From positions 80,419 through 144,418 of the IMG/VR virus record IMGVR_UViG_3300030107_008258: 64,000 nucleotides of DNA. One strand, 5' to 3'. A program made the position numbers and the translations under genes. The first letter of the stretch is position 1. Each line of letters starts with the position of its first letter. Positions 32,211 to 42,580 of this stretch are shown here, piece by piece. The notes beneath the pieces were generated by a model. The model had not been told where the DNA came from, made no database searches, and saw nothing but the letters and a program-made list of their open reading frames with translations. This DNA comes from a virus.

Positions 32211-33160
32211 TAGCCAGATGGGTTAACATATCCAGTAATCGCGGAAGCAAAAAGCATTCCATCATAACATGCGAAAGTATAAACGTTCGTCCTGCCGTTG
32301 TCTAAATGAGGAGGGCCTCCCGTCCCTCCCCACAATACTGTAGACCCAGATGTAAAAGTAGGTATAAGTGGAGCGCTGTGTGTATTTTTAACATACATAG
32401 TTAAAGTCTGCCCTGCTAAAGCTTCGGAAAAAGTATACGCAGGTGAAGTAGTGTCTGTTAATGTGTCATATTGTATATTAGAATCACTCCAGTTAACCGT
32501 AAAATCCGTTTCATGAGGCAAGTGTCTAGAGGTTTTATTTATAACTATATTATCTCCAGTCAAGCCTTGGCCATCCGGTATGGTTATCCCCCCATCTTTC
32601 ATGGTCATGTCTCCTGAAACGGGAGTCTCGGTAAGTCGTAGAACTTGACCGCTAATCTCAACGTGACGTCTTCCAGAAAGAATTAGGTCCTCTTGTGCTC
32701 TGAGTAAAATATCAGTAGTATCATTTTTTTGAATCAAAGAATAAGAAGTCCCCTGAAAACGAATCCTGTTTGCAAGAATTATATCATTCCCATTCATGTT
32801 AATATTTTCCGTAGCGTCATAATCCCAAGGAACAGTAGTTGAATCAAACGCTACCCCACTACCCGTCATCAAAAGTCCATCAGATTCTCTAATTTGAAGG
32901 AAAGGATAAGAAGCTACACTTTGATTTGAAGCATTGCCCCAGTTACTTTTATCAATATAAACATCATCACTCCCAGTGAATCCAATAGCGTTTGAATCGG
33001 TATTCCATCCATCAAGAATAAAATTCTTAAGCTTTTGAGCACTTACTTGACAAGTGGTGTAAGTAGAAGGTCCTGTGCCGGAAACTATAGGAAACACCAT
33101 ATCGGTTCCTACTCCTACTGGGCCAAGTTCACTTAATTGAGATATTTTTTTATTCGCCAT
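32210..33160 (-). CDS. Short fibre/virion protein
   Basis: MANKKISQL start typical of phage fibre anchors; beta-rich C-terminal domain; late motif 33184-33189. Confidence 0.6.
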   Translation of the reverse strand: MANKKISQLSELGPVGVGTDMVFPIVSGTGPSTYTTCQVSAQKLKNFILDGWNTDSNAIGFTGSDDVYIDKSNWGNASNQSVASYPFLQIRESDGLLMTGSGVAFDSTTVPWDYDATENINMNGNDIILANRIRFQGTSYSLIQKNDTTDILLRAQEDLILSGRRHVEISGQVLRLTETPVSGDMTMKDGGITIPDGQGLTGDNIVINKTSRHLPHETDFTVNWSDSNIQYDTLTDTTSPAYTFSEALAGQTLTMYVKNTHSAPLIPTFTSGSTVLWGGTGGPPHLDNGRTNVYTFACYDGMLFASAITGYVNPSG

Positions 33161-33193
33161 TTTTCCTTAAACCTTATTATAATATACACTATT

Positions 33194-34618
33194 TTAATAG
33201 GGAGGAATTAGATTTGTTACAAATAGGCTTTCGGTTTCATTTTGAAGGTAAAAACCGTCATCTTCTCCTCCTTCTAACAATATAAAATCTTCTAATTTCT
33301 CCATTCCTAATACCCCGCTTATGAAAAGTCCGTAAGACGATTGGTCATCAGGATTTATTTCAACATCAAAAGAAGCGTCAAAAATTTTATTAGAGCCAAT
33401 AGATGTCTCGTATCCAAAATTATTTAATTTAGCTCCTTTAAAGGTGTATCTCAACGCTTCGTCTTGTCTATTTATCGGAATAGCTCCGGCATTAATGGGA
33501 GCGTCCGTGCTTTTTACACATCCCTGCGGGTCAACTTTTATAGTAAAATCGTAACCACTATTTATAGAAATAACATCCACTAAAGATCCACTACTTCCCG
33601 ACTCTACTACTCCCCCTAAGGCTAAATTAGCAAAAATAGGGCTAGTAGCCTTATTATCTACAGGAAATTTATATCCTAAATTATCAAGAGGCTCGCGGTT
33701 TAAATTAATAGAAATATTGTAACTCTGAATATGAAGCTTATCAAAATCTACTCCCAGTCCCGAAAATGAATCAGTAGTTATAGTAATGTCTCCGGGCTTA
33801 AGCGCAGGATAGCCTTCTTCAGAAAGGATTCTTGGTATTACTACATTTTTTTCTGGACTAACCGTTCCGCTTTGAGTTTCGATACATGGAGCCTTAAAAC
33901 CGCTTCCACTCATATCAAAACTAGCGTTATAAGCTGTATACGAGACAGAAGCTCCGGGAACCCTTCCTACCGCGCCTTGAGTTTGATAAGAATTTAGATA
34001 ACAATTACCAAAACTTATAACATGATAGCCGCTTGCATTAGGATCTATAGATTGATAAATATCAGGTGCAGTAAAGTCTTCTTTAAAATAAGCACTATCT
34101 ACATCATCTCCCTCTTGGTTAACAACAAGATATATATTCTTACAATCTCGATATTGATTGACTCCAAAATCTTCCCATGGCTGCCTTAAAACATAATTTT
34201 TATTCTCCTCAAAAAACCCTTCCAGAAGAGATACGTCTTCATTTACTGTATAATAAGGCGCCCCTTCTTTGGGAAAGGTAAAAACAGGATGATTTACATT
34301 TAAACCTAATCGAGCCTCATTCTTTGTACCACACAATAAATAACTAAAATTTAGGTCAACTGTAGGATGATTGATAATTGGCCTGTCTACCGTTCCTCTC
34401 TGATTTAATTTAAGGACATCGGTATGTGGTACATTAATAGAATAAGATACGCTCTGAACTCTATCTATGGGTTTTAGCCTATTAAGCTTGCGAACTAAAG
34501 AGCTATAATCATTAGTAGGAGGGCTTCCCGGCCTATAGGATAAAAAGTTATCCCCAGTTTCAGGCGTCGGTCCGACGAACAAGGCCTGACAATTGTAAAT
34601 TACCGTTGGCCTTGCCAT
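33194..34618 (-). CDS. Structural protein, possibly tail-tube-like
   Basis: Directly after the portal; beta-rich with RVQSVSYSINVP and HIQSYNISINLNRE duplicated halves. Confidence 0.4.
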   Translation of the reverse strand: MARPTVIYNCQALFVGPTPETGDNFLSYRPGSPPTNDYSSLVRKLNRLKPIDRVQSVSYSINVPHTDVLKLNQRGTVDRPIINHPTVDLNFSYLLCGTKNEARLGLNVNHPVFTFPKEGAPYYTVNEDVSLLEGFFEENKNYVLRQPWEDFGVNQYRDCKNIYLVVNQEGDDVDSAYFKEDFTAPDIYQSIDPNASGYHVISFGNCYLNSYQTQGAVGRVPGASVSYTAYNASFDMSGSGFKAPCIETQSGTVSPEKNVVIPRILSEEGYPALKPGDITITTDSFSGLGVDFDKLHIQSYNISINLNREPLDNLGYKFPVDNKATSPIFANLALGGVVESGSSGSLVDVISINSGYDFTIKVDPQGCVKSTDAPINAGAIPINRQDEALRYTFKGAKLNNFGYETSIGSNKIFDASFDVEINPDDQSSYGLFISGVLGMEKLEDFILLEGGEDDGFYLQNETESLFVTNLIPPY

Positions 34619-36492
34619 TATTTATCTCCTTCATAAATACTTGAATACAATATCCCTGCTAAAAAATCATCTACTTGGTGCTCGAGAGCAACGTCTTGAA
34701 TTTTTTTAACCCTTTCATGATTCCTATCTGTTGGTTCGGCCGCATATCTCCCTGCTTTAGCCAGCCAGTTTTGAGGCTCTTCGTTAGCTATAACAATATT
34801 GGTTATTTCGCGAGCCACCTCTTTCTGCTGTTTACTCAGTCTTTTGCGATTATGAAGTTGCCTTAAGGAAGACTCCACTTCCAAATTAAGCTTATCAGAA
34901 AGATTTAAATTATCCTGTATTTTTGATAAACTAAAATTTAAGGCAGCTTTAGTTCCAACTGGAGTTTTTGTATCATTTTCTTTAGGCTTTTTGCTCCCAG
35001 ATGGTCTTCCACTCATTTGAGGAGCTTTAGCTCCCCCTATGAGGGGTTCATACAAACCCTCATTTTTAAGCTCTTTAAAACGTTTTTGAGCTTCTACAGA
35101 TTCTTCAGGAGTAGGAAACCGTCCTGACTCTATAGCTTGCATTCCTTCTTCCGCTGTAAGAACCCCAAGCTCAATTAAACGACTATAAATTCTAGAGTAT
35201 ACTGAAGTATCCCTTAAATCTACGTCTTCAAAATGAGCAGTAGGATAATTCTTAAAACCTAATTCTTTAGAAACTCGTCTTATTTCAGGCATTAAGAAGT
35301 TTTCTAAAAAGACCCTTCGACCTTGCTTCAGTCTCTCCATGAATACTTGCACTTTAATACTTGTGTTCGCAAACTTTTCATCACTAAGCAAGATGTTATT
35401 TAATCCCATTTGAATGTCTTGATTAACTACATCATATTTTTTAGGGTCAAGAATATTGCCAATATCTGGAATTACAAATTTAGCATCTGTGGTATAGTCA
35501 GAAATTAAAACACGACCTACAGATTCATTTTCAAAGAGCTTTTGCATGGCCATCAAATTTCTTTGATTGACTCCTCCATCAGCTGGCTTTGCTCCCATTG
35601 TGACTAATAAAATAGCTTGATTAGTGGTTCTGGCTACAGCCATATCCATTTGTTTCATCTCTTGTTTCCAGTTTATATCCTCCAAAACTGGATAACCCAT
35701 TGGAACAGCAAAAGGTTCGTAATCCTGTTTTTTGTAAAAAACGGCTACTAACTTTTTAGTATTGAGGGGTATAGTCACTGCTGACATCCCCACGTTTTTA
35801 GTATCCTCTATAAGTTTTTTAGTTTCATCTGGAAGACTGTCAAAAACTTCTTTATCCTCTTCTGTCTGGGGATACCTTAAACGTTGCAACTCGTAATCAG
35901 TAACGACTTTATAATAAACGCCGCTACTAAATGAAATACTTCCTTGTAATTGAATATCCGAAGGATTTAAAATGATATATTTTGACGGAATTTCAAGATC
36001 TTCAGCTGCCTGACTTATGCCAAAAGTCTGGTTGATTTTAAAAACATCAGACTTTTCCATTTTTGCATTAAAACGATAAATAAAAACATTCCCAGAACGA
36101 TAATATTCTCTAAAGAAACGGCTCTGTAAATCATCTATATTTATTTTTTTAAATAGGGTCTCAAAAAAGTCTCTCGATTTTTTACTACCTCCAGTGTAGT
36201 AAAGATCGCTAATAGAAAACTCGGTCATTAAATCGATAGTGTTTCTAAAAACGGAAAAGTTATAATAAGCTTTTTGACATAGAATAATAGTGTCCCTAAC
36301 GTCAATGTTAGAATTGTTAGAAACTCCATGGGAATATTTGAACGGAATCATTCCGTTTTCGATATTTCTAAAACGATCAGTCCGAGGAATATCAGCGGCC
36401 TTGTTACGTCGCGTGCGAGTGGAGTTAGCCACCGCCTCCTGCATCGCCATCAAAGGCTCCGCGCCTTGTTCCGTTTTCTTCCTTACAGCCAT
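34618..36492 (-). CDS. Portal protein
   Basis: 624 aa directly after TerL; FRNTIDLM, FFREYYRSGNVFIY, YEPFAVPMGYPVLEDI portal-like motifs. Confidence 0.8.
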   Translation of the reverse strand: MAVRKKTEQGAEPLMAMQEAVANSTRTRRNKAADIPRTDRFRNIENGMIPFKYSHGVSNNSNIDVRDTIILCQKAYYNFSVFRNTIDLMTEFSISDLYYTGGSKKSRDFFETLFKKINIDDLQSRFFREYYRSGNVFIYRFNAKMEKSDVFKINQTFGISQAAEDLEIPSKYIILNPSDIQLQGSISFSSGVYYKVVTDYELQRLRYPQTEEDKEVFDSLPDETKKLIEDTKNVGMSAVTIPLNTKKLVAVFYKKQDYEPFAVPMGYPVLEDINWKQEMKQMDMAVARTTNQAILLVTMGAKPADGGVNQRNLMAMQKLFENESVGRVLISDYTTDAKFVIPDIGNILDPKKYDVVNQDIQMGLNNILLSDEKFANTSIKVQVFMERLKQGRRVFLENFLMPEIRRVSKELGFKNYPTAHFEDVDLRDTSVYSRIYSRLIELGVLTAEEGMQAIESGRFPTPEESVEAQKRFKELKNEGLYEPLIGGAKAPQMSGRPSGSKKPKENDTKTPVGTKAALNFSLSKIQDNLNLSDKLNLEVESSLRQLHNRKRLSKQQKEVAREITNIVIANEEPQNWLAKAGRYAAEPTDRNHERVKKIQDVALEHQVDDFLAGILYSSIYEGDK

Positions 36493-36512
36493 AATTTACT
36501 TTAAATTTACAC

Positions 36513-38345
36513 TTAACCAAGCATTCTGGGAGTAAATGTATGGTTAATTTGTTGCACTTCTGTATTTTTAAGATCATTATAGGCTTTAACGGCCCAATTT
36601 CCTAACATTAAAGTGGTGTAATTATCCTTACGAGCACGATTAGCCGAAGTACTTCTTTTAAGGTGCTGGGGCAGGTCAAAGGTTTGAATTCCTTTGGCTG
36701 TAGTCTTAACTTCAACTAACGCACATTGCTTTCTGGTTTGATAAATAATGTCATCTTGGAACTCTATCAAATCACCTTTATTTTCATAAGGCATTAATTT
36801 AATAGGAACGGCTTGAGACGAAACTTTGTCAAAAAAACTTCCACATGCTGCCGTACGAGAACCAAACCAAATCCTCTTATGGTCGATTGAAGCTTGAAGA
36901 TATTCATTAGCTTCTCGCAAAAAAGTACTAGAAAACAACTGTTTAAAACAAATAACATTCTCTTTTTTATTATACTGCTGTTTCGCTGTGAGTAGCATTT
37001 TCTGATAATCTGTTCCTTCCTTATCGCTATTAAAACTAAAAAACTTTAAGTTGATATGAGAATCTCGAAATAGCTCTGACTCATTAGCGCTATCTATAAA
37101 TTGATATCCAGCATTATCAATTATAATCAGTGAAAAATTAAAATGAGTCACTAGATAGTGAAGGTACTTTATGTGGTCTTTAAGATCCCCTCCAGCAACC
37201 GCATAAGCATGAACCAGAGTAGACTCGTTTTTCTTTTCGGGATCCAACTCTAAAACAGACATTGCAAAATAGTCGGAGCTAGGACTATTACTGAAACTAG
37301 GGTCAATACCTAGAATGTATTCTTTATCTTTCTCCCCCTTGATTAAAGTGTGTTGTTTTTCTCCGTCAGGAATGGTGCAGTCGTGCATTTTTTTAGCGCT
37401 AAAGTAGCTGTCGCTACCATCAGTGAATTGAGCACAATATTCCCGTTGAAAAGAAGAATTAGAAGAACCTCCAGATTGAGCTTCCTCAATAACTGTGCTA
37501 TCAATCATGTCGCTAGGGATTGAATCGAACGCCATCTGCGATATGAAGTAATTAGACTGTTGAACGTCTTCAGAATAGATATTGTTCATCCATTCCTTGT
37601 AAGTCTTAAAAAGATTTTCAAAACTAAAACTAGCTGAAGAAAGTGCAATCATTTTAGAATTGTTCTCAAATTGAATTCTATCTTCTTCCTTCATTTGTCC
37701 TTTTTTAATTAAATCGTCTTCCATCTCACGTATTTTAATACGTTCGGCCATATCTTGAGGAGCGACCAAAAAAGGCATTAGAACTGTTTTAATAGTTTCT
37801 TCGGGTAATAATAAAAATTCATCAAGCACTAATATGTTTGCGCGAAAACCACGAATCTTTTCACCGCTTAAAGGTATAGCTGTGATAGTCCCTTCGTTTA
37901 TCTTCCACTCAAACTGATCATTACGTTTAGATTTAGCCCCAAAGGCATGAGCAAGCATTTGAGCTTCTTTAGATTCAACTATTTTTTCAAGGTTATTAAA
38001 TATAAACCTTGCAGTACGAAAAGTAGGTCCCGCAATAAGGATCTTGGTTCGGGGCTCAAAAATACATTGAAGAAAACAATATACTGCAGCGATGAAACTT
38101 TTTCCACAACCACGACCCCACACGCACATGCTAAAATTTCGATTGAAAAAAGCTTTTAAAGTAATTTCTTGGTACAGGGCTAATTTTATACCCGAAAGAA
38201 GTTCGGTAGTGAATCCCAAGTTAGACCGCATGAATTTAGCTAAACTTATTTTAGCCTGACGATCAGGAAGCTCCCCTTTTAAATTAAGAAATTCTTCATT
38301 TAAATTAGGAATAGATTTTTTGTATTTATCTGGACAGTACCACAT
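36513..38345 (-). CDS. terL: Terminase large subunit
   Basis: Walker A GRGCGKS, IRGFRANILVLDE Walker B, FQREYCAQF, nuclease LGIDP and KDNY. Confidence 0.92.
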   Translation of the reverse strand: MWYCPDKYKKSIPNLNEEFLNLKGELPDRQAKISLAKFMRSNLGFTTELLSGIKLALYQEITLKAFFNRNFSMCVWGRGCGKSFIAAVYCFLQCIFEPRTKILIAGPTFRTARFIFNNLEKIVESKEAQMLAHAFGAKSKRNDQFEWKINEGTITAIPLSGEKIRGFRANILVLDEFLLLPEETIKTVLMPFLVAPQDMAERIKIREMEDDLIKKGQMKEEDRIQFENNSKMIALSSASFSFENLFKTYKEWMNNIYSEDVQQSNYFISQMAFDSIPSDMIDSTVIEEAQSGGSSNSSFQREYCAQFTDGSDSYFSAKKMHDCTIPDGEKQHTLIKGEKDKEYILGIDPSFSNSPSSDYFAMSVLELDPEKKNESTLVHAYAVAGGDLKDHIKYLHYLVTHFNFSLIIIDNAGYQFIDSANESELFRDSHINLKFFSFNSDKEGTDYQKMLLTAKQQYNKKENVICFKQLFSSTFLREANEYLQASIDHKRIWFGSRTAACGSFFDKVSSQAVPIKLMPYENKGDLIEFQDDIIYQTRKQCALVEVKTTAKGIQTFDLPQHLKRSTSANRARKDNYTTLMLGNWAVKAYNDLKNTEVQQINHTFTPRMLG

Positions 38346-39284
38346 TTATAATAATTTTAAATCATAGGCCAACTGTAAGTCGTACCTTTCCCTTAAGGCT
38401 CCCGAAAGTAAAAGCTTTTTTACTATTCTTACGCACTCATTCCTGCCGTTTACGAAAAGAAATTGTATGTGAGGAAATTCTTGAATTAAGTCTCTAACGT
38501 TATGAAAAATGAAATCAGGAGTAACTCGTGTATTCTTTTTGTAAACATGTTTAAGTCGATTAAAAGCTAAACAGTCAGAAAGATTTCTTTCCACTAAAAC
38601 TACCATATAAGCTTTTTCTTCCGCAGCTCTATTTATTTCATTTTTAAATCTTTCGAGACCTGAACTTAAAGTCCCTATCAAGTCTGGAACAGATTTTCTT
38701 TCTATATAAGTATTGCGGGTTTTTTTCTTATCGTTTAAACAATAATCACCAAATTTGAGTCCTTTAACTTCTGTGGGAAAATCATTTATACGTAAAGGAT
38801 TTTGCTCGCGTGAATCAATATAAATAAGGTGGTCTTTATTAAAAGTTTCTCTGTAATTTTTTTTGATTGGAATTTTTTTAAATTTATTTTTATATCCTAT
38901 CTCCTCACATAATTTATAGTAGCTACCGAATAATTCTTCATAAAAAGGAATAGGTGGCATCGGTAATGTACGTAGTTCTACTTCAGTCGGAGAATAAAGA
39001 AGTCCTTTTTCTTTCTTTCTATTAACAAGGAGATCCCTACAATAAGCTTTGGCATCAGCCAGTGGAATTTTTTTGAGCCAATTTTTTAAATTTCTTTTAT
39101 TATTAAAGTCAGAAGAAAAATACTGTTCTTTATTTTTAAATTTAATTAATTCTTTTGTATACTTATCGTAACGAGGAAAATACTTATGGTAATAGTTCTT
39201 AATAGATAATTTATGCGCTTTAATATGAAGGTGGAGCCCCCTATCTTTATCAAACTCTTTATTACAACTTCTGCATTTAACCAT
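38346..39284 (-). CDS. C2H2 zinc finger + ERCC4 (XPF/Mus81-type) nuclease
   Basis: CRSC...HIKAH; IDSREQ...GDY...IERKS..DL catalytic signature. Confidence 0.85.
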   Translation of the reverse strand: MVKCRSCNKEFDKDRGLHLHIKAHKLSIKNYYHKYFPRYDKYTKELIKFKNKEQYFSSDFNNKRNLKNWLKKIPLADAKAYCRDLLVNRKKEKGLLYSPTEVELRTLPMPPIPFYEELFGSYYKLCEEIGYKNKFKKIPIKKNYRETFNKDHLIYIDSREQNPLRINDFPTEVKGLKFGDYCLNDKKKTRNTYIERKSVPDLIGTLSSGLERFKNEINRAAEEKAYMVVLVERNLSDCLAFNRLKHVYKKNTRVTPDFIFHNVRDLIQEFPHIQFLFVNGRNECVRIVKKLLLSGALRERYDLQLAYDLKLL

Positions 39285-40386
39285 TTAAAACCTCTTCTTC
39301 GCTAATGCCCATAATACGCGATTTGATATCTTCCATTGAAGATAATCTTTCTATTTCAGATGATATGTTCTTTTTACGTATTTCAGCTATCTTTATCATT
39401 TTATTCCTTGACTCTTCATCTTTCCAAAGTTCTACAAGGTTTAAAATAGAAGCGGATTCTTGAAGCACTTTACTTAGGCGTTGACTTCTCTTTTCTTTTA
39501 ATTCGTTAAGAAGTTTGGTCTGTCGATTAACGCATTGGTTGTATTCTGTTTGAGCTGTATTAATGGCTTCCACTAAACTCATCGCCATGCGTCTCCCCTC
39601 TGTGTCTTCGGCATTTTGATCTAATAAAGTCTGTAGTCTCTCAACCCTTCGTTGGATATTTGAAGCTATGACGACTTCCGCAGAAAGAACTATATATTGA
39701 TCTACCTCTTCTTGAGAAAGATCCGATTTATCCCATGTATACCTTACAAAGCTACTCTCAAAAAGCTCCCTATCAGTTTCAACTGAATAGGTACTAATTT
39801 GATGTAAAAAACGAAAAGTATGCATATAGGCAATTAACGTAGATAAATTCTTTTTTATTTTAGGAGTAATCTTTTCTTTATCAATTCCATTATGTACGTA
39901 CTTATTAACTCTCACGACAGCGCGTGATTCTGATTTTGGTGGAGCGTATCCTCCTTCAGCTGGAATCTCTTCGCTGTTATCGCTATATTTAACTTGATTA
40001 GGTATAGTGTTTATAAAGTCCGCCACGACTTTGTAACGCAAGTCTAGTGCTGAAATTTTATTATCATCAAAAATGAGTCTTGCCATATCCATTGGTTTCA
40101 TGGCGCTGCAATTATTGGTAATAAATTCTTTTTGATCTTCGGTGAGTTCTACTTTCTCCTTGGGATAATACTTATGAGAGACTTTTGCTGATAGACTTTT
40201 TTTAGCAAGAAATTTCTTAACAGCCCTCCCGTATTTAGACCTACCGTCTCTTTTGTTTTCGGGAATATCGGGGAAAACAAGTTCTATTAATTCTGCAATG
40301 TAAGGAGGGTCGTCCACCCTTTTATTCCACTCTTCTAGAATAGCTAATTCTTGATCTTCATTTAATTGTATAGTATTCTCTTTCAC
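39277..40386 (-). CDS. Hypothetical protein, candidate terminase small subunit
   Basis: Position upstream of TerL; helical, C-terminal coiled coil; no diagnostic motif recognised. Confidence 0.35.
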   Translation of the reverse strand: MKENTIQLNEDQELAILEEWNKRVDDPPYIAELIELVFPDIPENKRDGRSKYGRAVKKFLAKKSLSAKVSHKYYPKEKVELTEDQKEFITNNCSAMKPMDMARLIFDDNKISALDLRYKVVADFINTIPNQVKYSDNSEEIPAEGGYAPPKSESRAVVRVNKYVHNGIDKEKITPKIKKNLSTLIAYMHTFRFLHQISTYSVETDRELFESSFVRYTWDKSDLSQEEVDQYIVLSAEVVIASNIQRRVERLQTLLDQNAEDTEGRRMAMSLVEAINTAQTEYNQCVNRQTKLLNELKEKRSQRLSKVLQESASILNLVELWKDEESRNKMIKIAEIRKKNISSEIERLSSMEDIKSRIMGISEEEVLNG

Positions 40387-41066
40387 AACATTTCTATTTC
40401 TCCATTAGAAATAATCTTTTTAACTTTTTGTATAATAGCTTTTTTTACATTTTTAATTTGTTTATAACCCGGGACCCTGTTTTTTTCATTAGTCTTATAC
40501 CCCATGAGGGAAGCTGCTTTTTCTTCAGATAAATTGTCTATATAAAGCGCTTTATAAATTTTCCATTCGGCAGGCTTAAGCACTTCTTTCATTTTCTCAT
40601 TTAGCTTTACCATTAAAGAAATAATATCTATATCATTATATTCAGCAGCATTAATTTCTGTAGAATGTTCGTTAATAGAAACTGGGAGCTTAGCATCGTA
40701 AGCTTGTTTTTTAGTTCTTACCCAATTAGCAAAAAGGGGACACGTTTCAGATTGTTTCCCATAAATATAGCACAAATCTCCCGATTCTGCAGCTGCGCAC
40801 TTTAAACATGGCCTACAATAATTACCGTAATTGTTACGTATTAGATTTTTAATCTGATTGGATATAATCCTATTGATCCACGGATTAAGTGGCTTTTTAG
40901 TGTCATAAAGATGCCACTTTTTAAATATATGAATTCTTAGAATTTGGGAAACGTCATCGAAATCCATCCACGAAAGCGCAGTCAAGTTCCACTTGGATTT
41001 TCTTTTTTTTATTTCTGCATCTATCTGTTCTATATAATCTTCAAATTTAGGTTTAGGTGTCGGCAT
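40383..41066 (-). CDS. Phage sigma70-family (ECF-like) sigma factor with Cys-rich insertion
   Basis: Region 2-like DDVSQILRIHIFKKWHLYD..KPLNPWINRIISNQIKNLIR; region 4-like LKPAEWKIYKALYIDNLSEEKAASLMG. Confidence 0.75.
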   Translation of the reverse strand: MPTPKPKFEDYIEQIDAEIKKRKSKWNLTALSWMDFDDVSQILRIHIFKKWHLYDTKKPLNPWINRIISNQIKNLIRNNYGNYCRPCLKCAAAESGDLCYIYGKQSETCPLFANWVRTKKQAYDAKLPVSINEHSTEINAAEYNDIDIISLMVKLNEKMKEVLKPAEWKIYKALYIDNLSEEKAASLMGYKTNEKNRVPGYKQIKNVKKAIIQKVKKIISNGEIEML

Positions 41067-41442
41067 TATCGCGGCGAGATGAGCCAGCGTCCCGAAGGAA
41101 GTCCTGTTGTATAGTGTCCTTTGAGTAACTGGGGTCTACCTCCCTCTGATAGCCGTCGTCTAAAGCGTTAGGATTGGATCCTGCAATATCTTGAATTTTA
41201 TGAGAACTAAGTCCTATTTGGCCCTCTAGTTCAAAATCTAATTTATTAATCCTCGGAGGCGAAAATTTCTCTTCTTCCTCGATAACACTATCTTTTGTAA
41301 TCTTTGGTGAGTTAGTTTTAAAAACTTTTGGAGTAGTGGACTGACCCATTGAACCAAACAAACTACCGCAAGAACCACAAAACTTAGGTTTCTGAAGAGA
41401 ATACTCTGTCCCGGACCCACAAGTTGGACAATATTGTTTCAT
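41053..41442 (-). CDS. Zinc-ribbon protein
   Basis: YCPTCG...KFCGSCG. Confidence 0.7.
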   Translation of the reverse strand: MKQYCPTCGSGTEYSLQKPKFCGSCGSLFGSMGQSTTPKVFKTNSPKITKDSVIEEEEKFSPPRINKLDFELEGQIGLSSHKIQDIAGSNPNALDDGYQREVDPSYSKDTIQQDFLRDAGSSRRDNADT

Positions 41443-41506
41443 GAATGATATTACACTAAATATATTATTAAAAAATATAGGTTTTTCAAAAAAAGTGTAT
41501 ACCTAT

Positions 41507-41782
41507 ATGGATATGGAAAATGTCAAATTCAAGACTTCGGATGGTGTAGAATACGAGTTAATATGGAAAAAACCCCACCATACTTATAATGCTGATGGCT
41601 TATGTTATTCTCCAGAAGCTGATAATCCTAAAATTCTTGTTGACCCAAAACTTAAAAAAAGACGTAAAATGAGCACTCTTATAGAAGAGGTTACTCATGC
41701 ATTCTTTTGGGACAAGACAGAAAAAGAAGTAAGAAAATTCTCCTCTGTTCTTGCCGGGTTAATAAATAAACAAATTAAATAG
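41507..41782 (+). CDS. Small zincin-like protein with degenerate HExxH
   Basis: GLC...I.VDPKL...TLIEEVTHA (E in place of the first His); late motif 41495-41500. Confidence 0.5.
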   Translation: MDMENVKFKTSDGVEYELIWKKPHHTYNADGLCYSPEADNPKILVDPKLKKRRKMSTLIEEVTHAFFWDKTEKEVRKFSSVLAGLINKQIK

Positions 41783-42536
41783 TGTCACAATCTGCTAATT
41801 TTGAAACGATAAATTTAGTCAACTCTGATCGAACAATATCTTCTTCACTAAATTCAAAAGTGTGAATGCCCATGTCCCTGCTCTCTTTATTATTGAAAAT
41901 ATCATAAAGTTTGACAAACCCTCCCCGATTTCCATTTTTTAAATCGGTTTGCATGGGATCTGCCATAATAATGCATCTTGAATACTTACCGATTCTGGTA
42001 AGAACAGTTACTATTTCCCTAAAAGAGCTGTTTTGGGCCTCGTCCATCAATATAGCTTTTCCGTTCCAGCTCATTCCTCGAGCAAAATTAACAGGATGAA
42101 TGGAAACTCTTTTTTCTTTCTGAAGTTTTCGCACGGTATCTTCACTAAGTAATTCGTCCAATTTATCCATAAAAGGCAAGTTATAATAATGAAGCTTTTC
42201 ATCAGCGTCTCCGGGAAGAAACCCAAGACGAGAGTCTGAACTTTCTACCGCTGAACGCATATATATAACATCTGAAACTTTTGATTGATTAAGTAAGCTT
42301 AAAGATGAATATACTGCCGTTAAAGTTTTTGAGCTCCCTGCCGGACCTTTACATAAAATAAGACGAGTATTTTTGTCTTGAGAAATTTCAATAAAACGTT
42401 TCTGTTTTTCCGTCCAAGGTAATTCTTCTATGTAGAAATTATCCTTAGGTTTAATTGGATCTCGTTGATGAATCTTGATCCGTCCGTCCGCAACTTCGAG
42501 AGAATCAAAATTCCCTGCGCTTTTTACTTTTGGCAT
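41775..42536 (-). CDS. phoH: PhoH-family ATPase
   Basis: GPAGSSKT, RSAVES..LGFLPGD..EK, ARGMSW, MDEAQN, LTRIG, DPMQTDL, DIVRS. Confidence 0.92.
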   Translation of the reverse strand: MPKVKSAGNFDSLEVADGRIKIHQRDPIKPKDNFYIEELPWTEKQKRFIEISQDKNTRLILCKGPAGSSKTLTAVYSSLSLLNQSKVSDVIYMRSAVESSDSRLGFLPGDADEKLHYYNLPFMDKLDELLSEDTVRKLQKEKRVSIHPVNFARGMSWNGKAILMDEAQNSSFREIVTVLTRIGKYSRCIIMADPMQTDLKNGNRGGFVKLYDIFNNKESRDMGIHTFEFSEEDIVRSELTKFIVSKLADCDTI

Positions 42537-42580
42537 TATAGTAAATTACACTAAATTAGTGTAACATAAATAGAAAAGTT

